A DNA stretch of 63,590 nucleotides, counting the filler, from Octopus bimaculoides (Eukaryota), in the NCBI RefSeq assembly GCF_001194135.2. It is 6 parts of 6 records of this genome, joined end to end, with 100 filler letters (N's around TTAATTAATTAA, not from the genome) between each part and the next. Parts side by side here need not be neighbours in the genome. Positions count along the whole stretch, not along the records: positions 50,106 to 54,438 come from NC_068994.1; positions 54,539 to 56,441 come from NC_068990.1; positions 56,542 to 63,590 come from NC_068989.1; 3 more parts are not named here. The stretch is one strand, 5' to 3'. The notes beneath the pieces are model-generated. The model saw nothing but the letters and a program-made list of their open reading frames with translations, was not told the DNA's origin and ran no database searches. Of the stretch, positions 50,260-63,435 are shown piece by piece. Each line of letters starts with the position of its first letter. The first letter of the stretch is position 1. A program made the translations under genes and the position numbers.

Positions 50260-50669
50260 ATGGAATACCAAAAATGGGACAAAACATCCAGACAGTTAGA
50301 GGATACTAAAAAACAAGGACGGGTCATTCAGAGTTTTCTTTCTTCAGTTGAGTTCCAGATGATCTTTGCAATTTCAGCTGGTTATATATATATATACTAC
50401 AACATATTCTTATATATAAACACATTTACATACACCCATGCATGCATATTTGCCTACTCCTACAATACATTTGTATACTTTCATCCTAGCACTTATACCT
50501 CTTCGTACATTTGTATATGTAGAAAAGCTCACACCCATACACAAGTAAAATCACCTAAATACATCTATTTAGATTTAAGTATACATATCCATTTATACAT
50601 ACTTACTTACATATATACATACCACCAAGCGTCGAAGTGCATCCCTTCACCAAGTATGCATACATGAGG

Positions 50670-51815
50670 CTGATAACATCATAAAACTTGGAAGACAGCT
50701 CCTTGAGCAACACTTTGTCTGATAACCTAGAATATATGCCCAAAGAAGTCGCACAACTCAACCGCAAATATCTTCAGATAAAAGGATGAGCCTATATGAG
50801 CAGAAGACTTTTCATCGATCACCAAAGCAGTTTATCATGGACGAATAGCCGGATTACTACCTCCCACTTTGAAGGGTATGCTTTTGCAAAGGGACAGAGA
50901 TGTGGGAAAAGTCATAAAATGTTGCAACCGATGTAGACTTTGTGGAGTTCACACTGAAGATATCACCCACATCATAAGCAGCTGTCTGAAAATGTCATCA
51001 CGATATTATCTACCGATGAGACATGACCTTGTAGCAAGGAAACTCTATAATGAAATCCATCGGAACGATAATCCCGAGGACAAAGAAATAAAAACCCACA
51101 ATATGGTAGAAGCCATAGCCACTCATAATAATAAGGAATACTGGTGGAATGTACCAGTGAAGACCTCAATAAAATGTAAGTACAACAGACCTGATATAAT
51201 GATTTGAGACAGAGAAGAGAAACTGTGCACAGTTGTGGAAATTAGCTGCCCAGTGGATGTTAACATAAAGCTGAAGATCAGTGAAAAAAAGAACACCTAT
51301 GCTGAACTAATGAGAAATCTGCAGTTACTCTATCCAGATTACATGTTCAGGTTTATTGGGGTGCTGAGATATGTAACACACAGCCTATATACTCATCTTG
51401 AGAAATTAGGCAGGTGCTCTATCCAGATTACAAATTCAGGCTTATACCTGTAATTATTGGGGCCCTGGGATATGTAACACCAATATGTAACACTAAATAC
51501 CAATCTTGAGAAATTAGGCTTCTCAAAACCAGAAAGGAGACAGCTAATTCGAAGACTACAGATCCAATCCAGTCACTGGAACTGTAAAATACTGTAAAAC
51601 TTTCCAGAAGTTTATAATATAAATATATATGAGCATGTCTAGATATGTAACTATATGCATGAGAATACATACATACATACATACATACATACATACATAC
51701 AAACAAAAATACCCTGTTGTTGATGTTGAAATTCCAATGAAGGAACCTTAGATCTAGGTTAGAAACCGGTTCTTTCTCTGTTGACAAGAAATCTTGAAAT
51801 AAACTGAATAATGAC
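50670..51815 (+). mobile_element. R4/Dong-like non-LTR retrotransposon 3' fragment (CCHC plus restriction-like endonuclease)
   Basis: CRLCGVHTEDITHIISSC, RHDLVA, YWWNVPVKT, NRPDIMI*D, VEISCP, PVIIGALG and KICKTFQKF. AATAAA at 51798-51803 is followed by (CATA)n. Confidence 0.85.
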
Positions 51816-52139
51816 ATACATACATACTTACATGTACATATAGAGAGCACTTGTGATAAAATAAACCAAAAATACAGCAAAGTCGCCCAATGATAAATTA
51901 TAAAAATGTAATAGAAATAATAATATATCTACGTGTGTATAACATAAATCTTAAATGATAAAAGGTGTGTGGCAGGGGGAAGGCATAAAATATGCATATA
52001 ATAAAATGGTATATAAAACAAATTTGATGGTCGGAAATAAAGTAAATGAAAAGAGTGAAAGTATCTAACCAGTTATATTAGGCTGATGAATCAAACCTCC
52101 ATCAATAATAATTTGCAATGCTTAGCCATTTGATGATCT

Positions 52140-53530
52140 AGGAATTAAGTAATTTGAAGAATGTCTATAAATACTCGAAAGCTCAAATTTGTGGTTCAAT
52201 GCAGATTTTATTTTGGAACAAGATAAAGTACTTTTCAATCAAGCACAATGGACATCTCATAGAATTTTGATATGATCCATCCCTGTATGGACTAGATTTC
52301 TCCAAAACAGTCCACTGTATCATAAAATTGCCATGTGTTTAGGTGAACTCATTGAAGACCTGTTCTATGGGTCTTCGAAAGAATTCTTGTATAAATAAAG
52401 TCGTATTTCGAAACTGTTTTCTGCTTCTCCAGTGTAAGTCTTGTTTAGCCCTATGTACAACTCTTAATCAGGAAATTACTATTCAAAGGGCTGCAACTGG
52501 GATCTTTGAAATTACATTTAGGTTCATCGTCACAGTCATTAGGTTTATTGAGCTTACAGACATTGTGCTGGTAAAAAAACGAGGCAAAATTTTTCTAATA
52601 AGAATAGCTCACTTCCTGTTAAAAATTCTGTAATATTTATGGTCCCTAGGAAAATGTCTTAATACTAACCTATAAAATTCTTGAGCTGCATTAGTCCTAA
52701 AGCTCATGTTAAATGTTGGGTTAAACCACAAAACATTTCTAGTTCAAGTTCTATGAGACCTTCTGGTGTTGCTTCCACTACCAACATAGGAGATCATCAC
52801 AGACAATACACTATTGCTTAGTGTGTCATTGTAGTATGAAAAGGCCCACTGGCAAAGAAGAAACTCGCTTACCTATATTACTAACTATGACCTTAAGAAT
52901 ACAGGGCAGATTATTGGAACCTTTATTAATATAGAATACTTTTTAGACTTATGACCAGACTAAAAGGTGTTAGACTGCAAATCTAAATTGATATCTAAAA
53001 TGTCAACATTACTATGGTTCATTTAACTGTGATTTTTAAGCCCATATGCTGAGAGAATGCTTTAAGCTTCTTCCTAAGGCCATTGAGCCCATGTTTGTTC
53101 ATAGTAAAGGTCACAATAAGGCTGTCATCCCTGTGTAGACCTACTTCTAAAAAAAAATAGAAAAATAAAACGGAATTATCAAATATCAAACTGAGTTAAC
53201 TTACAGTTATGTTTCTCACTACTGCTCCTAACACAGTTTATAGTGGACATGCTAGTATCCCATAAATGGAAATCTATAATTATAATATTTCTAATTCAGA
53301 ATAAAATGAAATCTTAGATATTTTTACTCATGATCCATCAGAGTTAATGTTTATATTTAGGGATGTACTCCAAATTAATTTTGTGGTCTTTTAGGGAAAT
53401 AAAAGGTTTATACAGCAGAAGGAGATACTCCACTCTATCACTAACATTTGGGCTGGTCGTCATGATTCTTTTTGCTTCTAGATTCACTTTGTTGTATAAA
53501 ACATAGTCTGCTTTCTTATAAGTATCCATA
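52140..53530 (-). mobile_element. PLE (WFNPP-linker type) RT plus GIY-YIG pseudogene with internal deletion
   Basis: FISLKDHKIN, VGLHRDDSLIV (RT motif), GLKITV, RNVLWFNPTFN, IQWTVLEKSSPY...RCPLCLIEKYFIL and LNHKFELSSIYRH. Confidence 0.82.
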
Positions 53531-53646
53531 ATGCTGTTAGTGACATGTCTAATGACAGTCCCAGGCTTGCCATATAAGCATTTTCTGTGTATTCATCTGC
53601 TTCTCACTGTCTCTGTCTCTATTATACACACACATACATACATAAA

Positions 53647-53718
<72 letters not shown>

Positions 53719-54407
53719 TGTGTGTGTATGTATGTATGTATGTATGTATAGAAAAACGAAGTTGAAAATGCAATAGGATTTGTTTAGATTTTTTATAAAA
53801 AATTTTTTTTTAAGACTTAAAGATTTAACTGGTGTCACAGATTTCTCTGATTTTCAGAAGTTGAGATAGAAAGACGTGGAGCTATGCTGCATCTGTCTTG
53901 CTTCTTTTTTGAACTTAAAAATTGTCTTGTTTTTATAGAGAGAACATTGCACAAATTAGTATGTTTTGGACATGTTTTGATCGACTGAGGATAATCACGT
54001 GATCAGATTTTAAAATGTTTGTAAGTTCCCTGCTACATCCATTCTTTAATGTCACGCAATATGTTTGGCACCATAAGTTAAAGCTACCACAGCTGAGTGA
54101 ACATGTCTAGTGACAGTCCCAAACAATCAAGGCTGTCTGAATTTTCTCTGTTAAATGTGGTAGAGGAAGTTAACAATAGAAATATTTGTAGGTTTCACCA
54201 TGTGTTAATATTAAGTGACAATATTTTTTTGTGCTGAAAATTAAGGATGACACGGTCGAGTGAACATGTCTAGTGACAGTCCCAAAATAAGGCTCTCAAA
54301 ATTTAACCTGGTAGTCAAGTGGTAGTGTGGGCAGGGGTTCTTTTTGTTGCCCAGTGGTTGAATAGTTATGGTTTGTGTCTTTGTACACAGATATCAAATT
54401 TTGCTCT

Positions 54408-54438
<31 letters not shown>

Positions 54439-54852
54439 NNNNNNNNNNNNNNNNNNNNNNNNNNNNNNNNNNNNNNNNNNNNTTAATTAATTAANNNNNN
54501 NNNNNNNNNNNNNNNNNNNNNNNNNNNNNNNNNNNNNNTATATATATATATATATATATACATACATATATATATATGTATGTATGTATATACATATGTA
54601 CACATATACATACATACGTGCATATATGCATACACACACATATACATATATATAAACATGTCTATGCGTATGCAAGCACACATTGGACTTTCCCTTTCTC
54701 GTTTCCTACGAAGAGCTATGTTCGAAACGTCAAACTCTCCCCTTTCACTGAGCGTGAAGCTAATGCATTCCTTTTGCACTTCCTCTTGCTGTCTGTTAAA
54801 CTTTACTCATTCACTGAAATTCATTGTTTATTTGAATTATATATATATATAT

Positions 54853-56410
54853 GGACAATTTTAGATACTCTTTTAACCATTCCTCAAGCATGTCAAAAGC
54901 TATATAAGGGACGACCTGGATATGCTCAATGACCTTCCTGAAACAATAAACAAAAACACCCTACTAGTATCCTTTGATGTATTCAACCTCTATTCCAAAA
55001 TCCCCCACAACTTAAGAATAGAGGCAATTCAATTCTGGCTAGGGAATTACGCCAACGAACTCCTAAATCGCATCAAAAAATAATTCGTGATAGAAGGGCT
55101 AAAATTCATCCTAGAAAATAACTACTTCGCCTTCAAGGACAACTTCTATCGACATTAATCGGAGACTGCGATGGGTACGAGAATGCCCCCTCCTTTGCTA
55201 ACCTAGTCATGGGATATCTAGAAATTAGTCATTATCGTAAGGTTCTTGGAGATACACGGCAGCCCATTCTCCCTCTAAATAGAAAATAACTGGAAGCGAT
55301 ACCTGGATGACTGTTTCATTCTTTGGCATGAAAATATAGAGAAACTTAAAGAATGTCAAGCACTTATAAATGGACTTGACGTAAACATTCAATTCATGAT
55401 GGGATATAGTGTAAAAACCATCAAAAACTTCAATTCCTCGACATCCTCATTAAGAAATCTAACAACGTAATAGAAACAGATATATACTATAAGCCCACGG
55501 ACTCCAAGAAATATCTACCGTTCAACACATGCCACCCCAGACACACCAGAATGAATGTCCCCTTCAACCTAGCAAAACGGATATGTTCTATAGTCTCTAA
55601 AGCAAACACCAGAGACACACGACTACATGAACTAAGGGACACACTCATCATCAGGAACTACCCACCTTCACTAATTGACATATGCTTTCAACGTGCCCTT
55701 CAACTCAACATCCACCAGCTCGGACATCCCAAATTAAAGAAGGATTTACAGCCAAAAGCCCTACCATACATCTCCACAGACAGCCCTCTTAGCAATGAAG
55801 CCTTCGACACCATCCTTTAAAACATTTCCCTGCTAAAAAAAAAAACCCACAGATGAACTTAATCCTCCAAACACACACCATCATAAAAAGCAAGAAACAA
55901 CCCAAATCTATGAAAAGTCTCCTAACACAATCCCAAATACGCTCAACAACAACACAGAAACTGTCAGTAAAACATTGCAGAAAACCCAACTGTAGGATAT
56001 GCGTCAATTTAATTAAGGGGTCAGAGTTCTCCTTCAAACAGGGACAACGTTTCACAGTGAAACGCAACTTCACATGTGCATCGGAGAACCTGATATACGC
56101 ACTAACCCTAACCTGCTCTGGGTGTCAAGAGCAATGCATAGGCCAAACAAAAAACAGTCTACGTAAAAGAATGGCTCTGCACAGATCCCAGATCAAAATT
56201 TCCCAAAACAGAAAAATAGCATTTAGCCAACACATCGACATTTGCGCCAATAACAAAAATCCAAGCTTCAGAATGTTTCCCCTCTACCAATTCATGGACC
56301 ATACAACCTGTAGCCAACGAATTAGTAAAGATACTCTCTTTATTACAAAATACAGACTCCTTTTGTACGCATCTACAACAAACGACATATCCACCACGGC
56401 CTTAGAATAA
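54853..56410 (+). mobile_element. PLE (Neptune-type) RT plus GIY-YIG pseudogene, 5' truncated
   Basis: KHVKSYIRDDLDML, LVSFDVFNLYSKIPH, AMGTRM, WKRYLDDCFILW, FLDILI, YYKPTDSKKYLPFNTCHP and EN CRKPNCRIC...FTCASENLIY...CSGCQEQCIGQTKNSLRKRMALHRSQI. Same family as 9600-11880. Confidence 0.93.
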
Positions 56411-56540
56411 CACAAACACCCACGCAAATATTAAAAATGATNNNNNNNNNNNNNNNNNNNNNNNNNNNNNNNNNNNNNNNNNNNNTTAATTAATTAANNN
56501 NNNNNNNNNNNNNNNNNNNNNNNNNNNNNNNNNNNNNNNN

Positions 56541-56820
56541 NCCGAATCATTACATTCTAAGTTCAAATCCCTCCGAGGTCAGCTTCGCCTTTCATTTCTC
56601 CGGGGTCGATAAAATAAAGTACCAGTCGGATAGAATGCTCAGCAGTATTTCTTCCGGCTCTTCACGTTCTTCGCCCAAATTCCGCCGACATTGATTTTGC
56701 TTTTTCTTCTTTCGGGATCGAGAAAATAAAAACCTGTCAAGGAAATACTGGAATCGTTGTAATCGACTTGTTTCATTTACCTTAAAAATTGCTGGCCTTG
56801 AGCTTAAAGTTGAAACCACA
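56541..56820 (+). mobile_element. SINE family M fragment interrupted by an insertion of about 100 bp
   Basis: ttcaaatccctccgaggtcagcttcgcctttcatttctccggggtcgataaaataaagtaccag, resuming at gaaatactggaatcgttgtaatcgac...gctggccttgagc. Confidence 0.65.
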
Positions 56821-57332
56821 ATTTAATTTAAAAAAAAAAAAAATTTGCTAATTCTGAATCTCTGATCAGAAAACCAGATTAACCACCACCACCCAACCTC
56901 GATTTCTCTCTCCTTCCTCCTCTCACTCTCTCTCTCTAAGAAGAAGAAGAAATACTGAGTGGGCGTGAAGAAATGAATTCTACATTTAAACGAACAGCTA
57001 CTGAGTGGGTTTCATTCCTGAGACTAAAATAGCATAGGGTTGATTATGATAATCCTTTACAAAGCCCTTCACCAGATTACTAATCTCACGCACGTGGAAC
57101 ATTTTACCCACACGGAGCACGCACGCACGCACGCATGTACGAGAATGCTTCCAATAAAAGAGATCTAACTGGTAGGATTGTACCTCGGCCAAAAGCATTT
57201 CCACTACACCTTTGGGTTACATTCTCTTCCTGTCTATGACAGAACTAACAAGGTTTCAGCCAACCTAAATTTGACTGCCACTACATTCTTAACCTAATTT
57301 ACTAGCACTCATACCCTGCAATCTAAAACTTC

Positions 57333-57468
57333 TGTGGCTGTGTGGTAAGAACCTTGCTTCTCAACGACATGGTTCTGGGTTCAGTCCCACTGCGTGGCAC
57401 CTTGGCCAAGTGTCTTCTACTATAGCCTCGGGCCGACCAAAGACTTGTGAGTGGATTTGGTAAACGGA
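57333..57468 (+). mobile_element. SINE family O, 5' half
   Basis: gtggctgtgtggtaagaaccttgcttc...gggttcagtcccactgcgtggcaccttggccaagtgtcttctactatagcctcgggccgaccaaag. Confidence 0.85.
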
Positions 57469-58354
57469 TTTTCAGATAAATGAATACAAAAAAAAAAGAC
57501 AAGAAAAATATCACCTTCCCGCCCTGTACCCAGTTTTAGGAGAAAATAAAGTCAGGTACATCCCGGGTAGATAAGGCGCGTGGCCAAGTGGTTGAATGTG
57601 TGGTTCATTATCGTTAAGTCATATGGGTTCGATTCTCAGGCCAGGTACCATTTTGTGCCCTTGAGTAAAGTTAGACTTAATACTTTGTCCGGTTTTAACA
57701 TTACCACGTGGGTCCTTGGGTGCTTTTTAACGGAGTTCATTCTCAAGCAAGCACTTGGAGACCAGGTCTTCGATTTAAGGATACCATCCTCCCATAAGTC
57801 ACCGAGGCATAGTTAGGGGTGTCATAAACACAGACTTTACTCCTGACTAAAAGATTAATTAACAATAATAAAAATTTCATTTCGTGTTGCATCAGACGAC
57901 TCAGCTGAAAATATGCACCCGAAAGAAGGAGGGAATTCCCTACAACGGACTGGCGTCTCATCCAGGAGGGATTGTACTCTTGAACTCTCAGGCGCTTGAA
58001 CGCCACCAAATCCGAGATAAGATTAGGTCTAACGGGTTTGAAAACTTGACACAGACTTTGATATAAGTTAACTTCTGTGATAACCACTTGTATAAGAACA
58101 GAGTGTACGAAAATCATTCGAAAGTACGGCAGTTTGTGCGTGTAAGGGAGGCACTTCTGTTAGTGAGAGAAGTACTTTAGAATTCGTCAAATGAACTGTG
58201 TTATTTAGCTGGCATGTCTAAACTATAAAATCGATGGATGATAACATATGTCGAGTGGAATCCGAAATTTCACGTCAATAACTGTCTAGCATCAGACAAT
58301 CAGATACGCGCACACATACACACACACATCCGTAAGTGTATATATACATAGACA

Positions 58355-58421
<67 letters not shown>

Positions 58422-58430
58422 CACACACCC

Positions 58431-58463
<33 letters not shown>

Positions 58464-58937
58464 TATATATACGCACACACACATACCTATATGTCTACAT
58501 AGAGATATACATGCACACATAATACACACTTGCGCAGGCACACACATAAACACACACACACACACACACAACTTGTAAATGAATGCGTTGGCAAGAGAGG
58601 AGGATTCCTTTTCGGAATAAAAACAAACCAACGCGGCAAAGGCATCAAGTAAAAGAATAAACTTACGATTCCTTCTATAAAGTTGCTAATGCCTCTTTAG
58701 GAAAGGCATATCAGTTGCGACTTATGACCCTCACCTCATTTAAAACAGAGGATCATATTTGCAGTTCAATTGACATAATGTAATAAGTATGTACTATGAG
58801 AGCTCTATTTGGTTTACCACTAAAGCGCCGGTTTCAACTGCAGCTGAAAAAATATTATTTATTTATTTACCCCTTTTAAAACGGTTGATGTATAATTTAC
58901 GCACGCAATGTACATGCTTTAAATCGGTCGACGTAAT

Positions 58938-59242
58938 TACGACTGTGAATCAAAAAGTAATGCCATTTTGTTTAGGACAAGTATAATTACCAACACAGGA
59001 ACATGTATCATACGTCAAAATGAAGCTGGTCCTCTGTGGATCACATCCCTACTTCTCAACATAGTCACCGTTTCTCTCAATAGCAATGTTTCACCTTCGA
59101 ATGAGAGCATGTATCCCTGCCCTGTAAAATTCTGTTGACTGTTCTTTGAGCCACTTCAGATTTAGCACCTTCAGACTATCATCTCTTCGGCACCACGAAA
59201 GAGGGTTTGAGAGGCAAACGTTATTCCAGTGACGAGGAAGTG
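58938..59242 (-). mobile_element. Mariner 3' fragment with TIR and an internal inversion
   Basis: Minus strand KWLKEQSTEFYRAGIHALIRR*NIAIERNGDYVEK*; plus strand DLAPSDYHLFGTTKEGLRGKRYSSDEEV. TIR tacgactgtgaatcaaaaagtaatgcc at about 58938-58964. Confidence 0.85.
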
Positions 59243-59728
59243 NNNNNNNNNNNNNNNNNNNNNNNNNNNNNNNNNNNNNNNNNNNNNNNNNNNNNNNNNN
59301 NNNNNNNNNNNNNNNNNNNNNNNNNNNNNNNNNNNNNNNNNNNNNNNNNNNNNNNNNNNNNNNNNNNNNNNNNNNNNNNNNNNNNNNNNNNNNNNNNNNN
59401 NNNNNNNNNNNNNNNNNNNNNNNNNNNNNNNNNNNNNNNNNNNNNNNNNNNNNNNNNNNNNNNNNNNNNNNNNNNNNNNNNNNNNNNNNNNNNNNNNNNN
59501 NNNNNNNNNNNNNNNNNNNNNNNNNNNNNNNNNNNNNNNNNNNNNNNNNNNNNNNNNNNNNNNNNNNNNNNNNNNNNNNNNNNNNNNNNNNNNNNNNNNN
59601 NNNNNNNNNNNNNNNNNNNNNNNNNNNNNNNNNNNNNNNNNNNNNNNNNNNNNNNNNNNNNNNNNNNNNNNNNNNNNNNNNNNNNNNNNNNNNNNNNNNN
59701 NNNNNNNNNNNNNNNNNNNNNNNNNNNN

Positions 59729-59840
59729 CACGTGTCTGTGGAGTGCTCAGCCTCTTGCACGTTAATTTCACGAGCAGCCTGTTCCGTTGATCGGGTCAAC
59801 TGGAACCCTCGACGTCGTAAGCGACGGAGTGCCAACAACA
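59729..59840 (+). mobile_element. SINE family A, 3' part (5' part in gap)
   Basis: cacgtgtctgtggagtgctcagcc...gacgtcgtaagcgacggagtgccaacaac. Confidence 0.88.
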
Positions 59841-59858
59841 TTAGAGATAAATCTAAAG

Positions 59859-60073
59859 TGGCGAGCTGCCAGAATCGGACGAAACCGGACGAAATGCTTC
59901 ACAGCATTCCGTCAGTGCTTACGTTCTGTGTTCAAATTCCGCCGAGGTCGACTTTGCCTTTCATCCTTTCGGGGTCGATGAAATAAGTACCAGTTACTCA
60001 TTGGGGTCGATGTGATCGACTTTTTCCCTCCCCCCAAATTTCAGGCCTTGTGCCTTCAGTAGGAAGGACTATT
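59859..60073 (+). mobile_element. SINE family M
   Basis: ggcgagctgccagaatc...ttcaaattccgccgaggtcgactttgcctttcatcctttcggggtcgatgaaataagtaccag...ggccttgtgcc. Confidence 0.88.
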
Positions 60074-60618
60074 AAAATTAAATCCCTTGCTTGGTATTTC
60101 TTAGATTTTAAACACACCTAGAAAGAGATTTTGCCTGCTAGATGCAGGGACTAACTATATTTCGTATGTGAGACTCTATTGCATGTGTATTTACCACAGA
60201 TATACCAAATTTTTGGTGATATTCAAAACTAGAGTAATTATTTTCCTCATACACAAAGAAGCAGCGGCAACAACACCGATGCAAAATACAAGACAACCAT
60301 GATTGCAAACGGCATCAATATAAAATCATTCCAAAGCAGGAGTCTGTTCTTGTCAAAATATCCGATGACTTCGGCAAATTCTGAACGGCTAATCTGATTT
60401 AATTAAAAATCAGGACTTGAATTGAAATAACAAGCAGTTGCTAAGTTTAACATTCCATATATCAACCGATATCGGGACGTTTTAATGGTATTAATCTTGA
60501 GCTTCCATAAAGTCGAATTCATCTCATAAACCAGTGAAACAATAAACAAACACATTTATTTATTCATTTATTCATTCACTAATTTCAGTGACGGGAGGCG
60601 TTCTTTCAGTCGATCAGA

Positions 60619-60750
60619 TCCATATTCTGGTATTTGTTTTAGTTTCGTATTTATTTTATCTCCATACTCTGGTATTTTGTTTAATTTCGTATTTATTTTA
60701 TCTCCATACTCTGATATTTTGTTTAATTTCGTATTTATTTTATCGCACTC
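60619..60750. repeat. 42-bp minisatellite, about 3 copies
   Basis: Unit ctccatactctggtattttgtttaatttcgtatttattttat. Confidence 0.9.
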
Positions 60751-62236
60751 TATTTATAGAAGCGCTAAGTTATGAGAAAGAAAGGGATACAACACTAAGT
60801 TTTGGGAGGGTGTAAATATGATCACAGAGTTTTATTTGCCACTGGTCGACTTAAGGCGCAAGTGAGACACCTGTCAAAGGTGACGCATGTGTTTGCGTGT
60901 ATTATGTAAATATATGAGCGCGCGCCTGTGCCTGAGTTTGTGTATATATTCACATCATAATTACACAACTATGTGTAGTATTAAGTAAAAATAAATACAC
61001 ATACTTGGTATTTTATGCTTTATAAAACTTACACGCGTTTTGTTAAATTAATTGTGAAGACTATACAATTGTTTGTTGAAAATTATATTATAACTATACA
61101 CCTCCTCAGTGGTTAACAAGAAATACCCGAACTTTTTGTTACGTGTAGCATTTCACAACGCATATATTCTACACACACACACATACACTTTTTCATTTAA
61201 GCTAACTCCCTGAACATTGGAATTTCTGAATGAATGAATCCTATTGAATATGACATTAAATTATCAATTATGTAAATCAATTGCTGATTTACAGACAACA
61301 TACATACATTTTATAGTGCTTCCTGTGTTTACAGTTAAATGTGCGACTGTCACTGCTCCACATAGAGTATGTTAACACAGTCTGCGTCCTGTTAAGTGGT
61401 GTACTTAGTAGCATTCACGATAACGATATACAAAGTATAGGAAAAACAGGATAAATACAGCATGCCGTTTATACCATTTGTTCCCTACGCTCGTTTCACC
61501 GTTGTTACAATCGGCATCTTCTGCAACGGGTATTAACAGTGCATTTGGATACAAATTCATAACTGTTCTTCAGGAAAACATTTTATTGCATAATGTTGAA
61601 AATTTTAGGCTGTTCTTTTTTTATGAAATCCGTCTCACAAACTTTATCTGGAATATACCATTTAACATAAATATAATTGATACATTTTGAAACTTCTTGA
61701 AATATATTACTCTTAAAAAAGTATGTTGAGAGTAAGATATGTATATAAAATACGCACACGTACAAAGAAGGAATATATTCTATACCATTAAATTCCAAGT
61801 GATTCTAGACACGCGTTTGTTTTTGTTTATTCTCTATCAATTCATACATGTATATATATATAAGAGCTAAAATATACGAAAACATATGTTAAGATTAAAC
61901 AAGTTTTAATCTTGCTGTGTGTGAAAAGTGGAAGATTTTAGAGCTAGATACTAAGTTGAGGAGACGAGGCCTGCCAAGACAATCAAACAATTGTAATTTC
62001 AAGAATAATATAGAGGGTGATTTAAAAGTCCTTTAGCATATATACAATATGTAACTATATATTTTGGCACACAAATATCAGGCCACACTTCAGCCCAACA
62101 AACAAACACACACACGCAAATAAAGTTTAGCAATTTTTTTTTTTTTTTTTTTTTTTTTGCTATTACCACTTTCTTTGTATTAATGGGGAAACAGGATTGA
62201 GTTTGCATCCATGTAATTCCTCTGTCTTTGTGACAG

Positions 62237-62612
62237 CACAGGAAGAAGGCAAGCGAACGCAAGGTGGACAGAAAAAGCGCTTCGAAGATACACTAAAAAA
62301 TTCACTGAAAAGCTTTGATATCAACACCGATACCTGGGAAATGCAAGCACAAGACCTCCCTGCCTGGCGAAGCTGCACTATCAGAAGTGCTGCTTCCTAC
62401 GGGCAGAACAGGATTGCAGGGGCACAAAGAAAACGCGAACTACTCAAATTCAGAGCCAAATCCTTGCCCCCCCCAATCGCAGCAGACAACCAGTGCCCGA
62501 CTTGCGATAGGGGCCCTCCGAGCACGCATCAGCCCAATCGGCCACAACCGGACATACCGAGCTCCGTCTTCTTCGCCCATGCGACGTCCTCGGTCATCGA
62601 CGACAACAAACG
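62237..62612 (+). mobile_element. RTE-clade LINE 3' end
   Basis: GKRTQGGQKKRFEDTLKNSLKSFDINTDTWEMQAQDLPAWRS...CPTCDR, a frameshift, then RARISPIGHNRT. A short 3' UTR reads tcctcggtcatcgacgacaacaaacg. Confidence 0.85.
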
Positions 62613-62702
62613 TACTAAGTTGGGTAACTCCTTTACTCTTTTACGTCTTTAAGCCTAAAAGGTATGGCCATGCTGGGGCACCGCCAATAAAATTATAACA
62701 TG

Positions 62703-62775
62703 TGGAGGAAGAATCCAACAGGCATCGATCTCGATACCTCTCGCATGCTAAACGAGTGCTCTACTATCTGAGCTA
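62703..62775 (-). pseudogene. tRNA-Ala(AGC)-derived pseudogene
   Basis: Minus strand tagctcagatagtagagcactcgtttAGCatgcgagaggtatcgagatcgatgcc. The D arm and anticodon arm are recognisable; the 5' acceptor strand is missing and the T arm is mutated. Confidence 0.75.
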
Positions 62776-62939
62776 ATTTTATTAAACGCAGCAATTTGTC
62801 TGCCGCACTTTCTTTACAATCTTCACACCCGACGGGGCCCTGTTCACTGCCCCTAGGAGGAGGAAATGCACTCAGGTGTGTGAGAGTGTATGCGCTGCAT
62901 TGGGCGTTCCGTTTGTCAGTATAAACGCTTCCCCCTATC

Positions 62940-63435
62940 ACCATCACTACAGCAAAGTTTATCACCACTACGACTACTACCTCTACCAAAAACAAAACCA
63001 CCACTAGTAGGTCTACTACTCAAATCACCATTACCACTACAACTACTACAAATATCAGCATGACCGCCACTACCGCTACGACTACTAATAATAATAATAT
63101 TGCTGCTACTATTACCACCACTACTGCTGCTACTACTTCTACTACTACTACTCCAACAACAAACAACCGCCATCGCAGCCGCCGCAACCACTGCCACTAC
63201 TACTACTGCTACTAAAAACACCACCATCGCAGCCGCCACCGCCGCCACTACTATTATTATCACTACCATTGCCGCCACCGCTCCATAACTACCACCACCG
63301 CCACCACTCCTACTCTTGCTACTACTACCACCACTACTATTGCTACTACTACCACCACTATTGCTACTACTACTACTACTACTACTACTGCTGTTGTATT
63401 TGTTGTCGTAGTTGTTGTTGTAGTTGTTGCTGTCC
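62940..63435. repeat. Degenerate trinucleotide tract (ACT/ACC/GCC)n
   Basis: Directly visible; it gives low-complexity ORFs in several frames. Confidence 0.9.

Noticed and set aside
50869-51300. In-frame TGA codons in TE ORFs as possible selenocysteine recoding (known for Naiad PLEs)
   Set aside because: Stops are mixed TAA/TAG/TGA, accompany frameshifts, and the TGA in PDIMI*D falls where Trp is expected rather than Cys. This is ordinary pseudogenisation.
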